A stretch of DNA of 64,000 nt, from the NCBI GenBank assembly GCA_051294905.1, contig CM119371.1, positions 8,558,001 through 8,622,000 on the forward strand, in the 5' to 3' direction. Under the pieces are notes generated by a model. It did not search any database. It saw nothing but the letters and a program-made list of their open reading frames with translations, and was not told the origin of the DNA. Positions 63,097 to 64,000 of this stretch are shown one piece after another. This DNA is from Botryllus schlosseri. Taxonomy: Eukaryota. The position numbers and the translations under genes were made by a program. Position 1 is the stretch's first letter. Every line of letters begins with the position of its first letter.

Positions 63097-63970
63097 CAAT
63101 GGCGTACAAGCATATATGCTGCCGCCTTGGCTCTTGTTCTTAATGCCGCCTTGAGTAGACTGCAGCAAGTTTTGAAATAGTTTCATGTTCAAGCAATCTT
63201 TTCAATAAAAACAATTACAAATAATGTGCCGGCGTGCCGCATCTAAAAAGTTCTATATTGCTTGAGAAGGAGTCCTCACTGTCTCTGCGTCAAGGCTAAA
63301 ATAAAAGACGAAAATGAGGACCAGATGTATTAGGCAAATTAAAGATCAATGGCCGCTTATAAATTGAATTTTCGAAATTTCGCCGAGGGCAAAACTAGCG
63401 ATAATATCTTAAAATCAAGTTTTTAAACGTAGTTTCTTTCTAGAGAAAGAATTGATCGAGCTGATAGGCGATCATCATTCATGAGTAGAACGTAAACACG
63501 GCTTTATCATTGTGAGCTTTGCGAACCTCCCCCCACAGCCCGCAATTGAAACACCAATGGTAAGATAAAGTTTCAGATACAAGCATTCATAATGTTTCGA
63601 ATCAAGTAGGTCTGATTTAGGTAACCATTATAAAACATCAAACGCTGTTGAAGACAGAAGCACAGATACGGTGTCGAATCAAGTAGGGTTGATTTAGCTA
63701 ACCAATATAAAACATCAAACGCTGTTGCATTACGATCAAACGTGGTTTGACTGCTTCGCACCAGCTTCTTAAATCTGTCAATCCTTTTGTCACGTGCAAC
63801 ATATTGTCGACAACAACCACCGATTAAAGTCTGGATCGTAACCAATTAGCTCGTGATGAGTCATCTCTCCGTACTATGCAGACTCGTTTTGCCGCCCCTT
63901 GCAGCCTGCCACGTCGGACGCACACTGCATAGCCGCCACCGCACGCCGCCAACTGGATCCTACGCCACTG
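63097..63970. mobile_element. Probable hAT MITE with GCCGCC motifs
   Basis: TIR CA(A/G)TGGCGTA; degenerate TSD CTGGTATA/CTGTTGTA. Confidence 0.55.
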
Positions 63971-64000
63971 CTGTTGTATGTGAGAATTCCAATATGAAAT

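Overview
Repeat-dense eukaryotic DNA, probably from an invertebrate animal; the species cannot be fixed from sequence alone. There are no prokaryotic operons, CRISPR arrays, rRNA or tRNA genes. Most short ORFs in the track are noise from transposon sequence. Host-gene content: (i) an intact, intronless, divergent CPEB1-type RNA-binding protein ORF (38857-39978, +) whose 3' flank carries CPE-like motifs; (ii) a spliced minus-strand model (~22.8-18.0 kb) of phase-1 exons encoding an acidic tail plus one transmembrane helix, with a degraded downstream region. Mobile DNA: a young, near-intact Ty3/Gypsy (Mag-like) LTR retrotransposon (45402-50881) with a piggyBac-type MITE in one LTR, nested in a hAT element; a 5'-truncated L1/Tx1-like LINE; three Penelope-like (GIY-YIG) pieces; many hAT, TA-TSD and Harbinger-type MITEs with readable target-site duplications; foldback elements; and minisatellites. 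The most notable hidden signal is four minimal hammerhead-ribozyme motifs in the Penelope pseudo-LTRs. Three have a non-canonical UUGAAAA core (U3-A8 in place of C3-G8). All four have a loop-II pseudoknot partner and a palindromic helix III, and a conserved ORF start lies 14-24 nt downstream of the predicted cleavage site.
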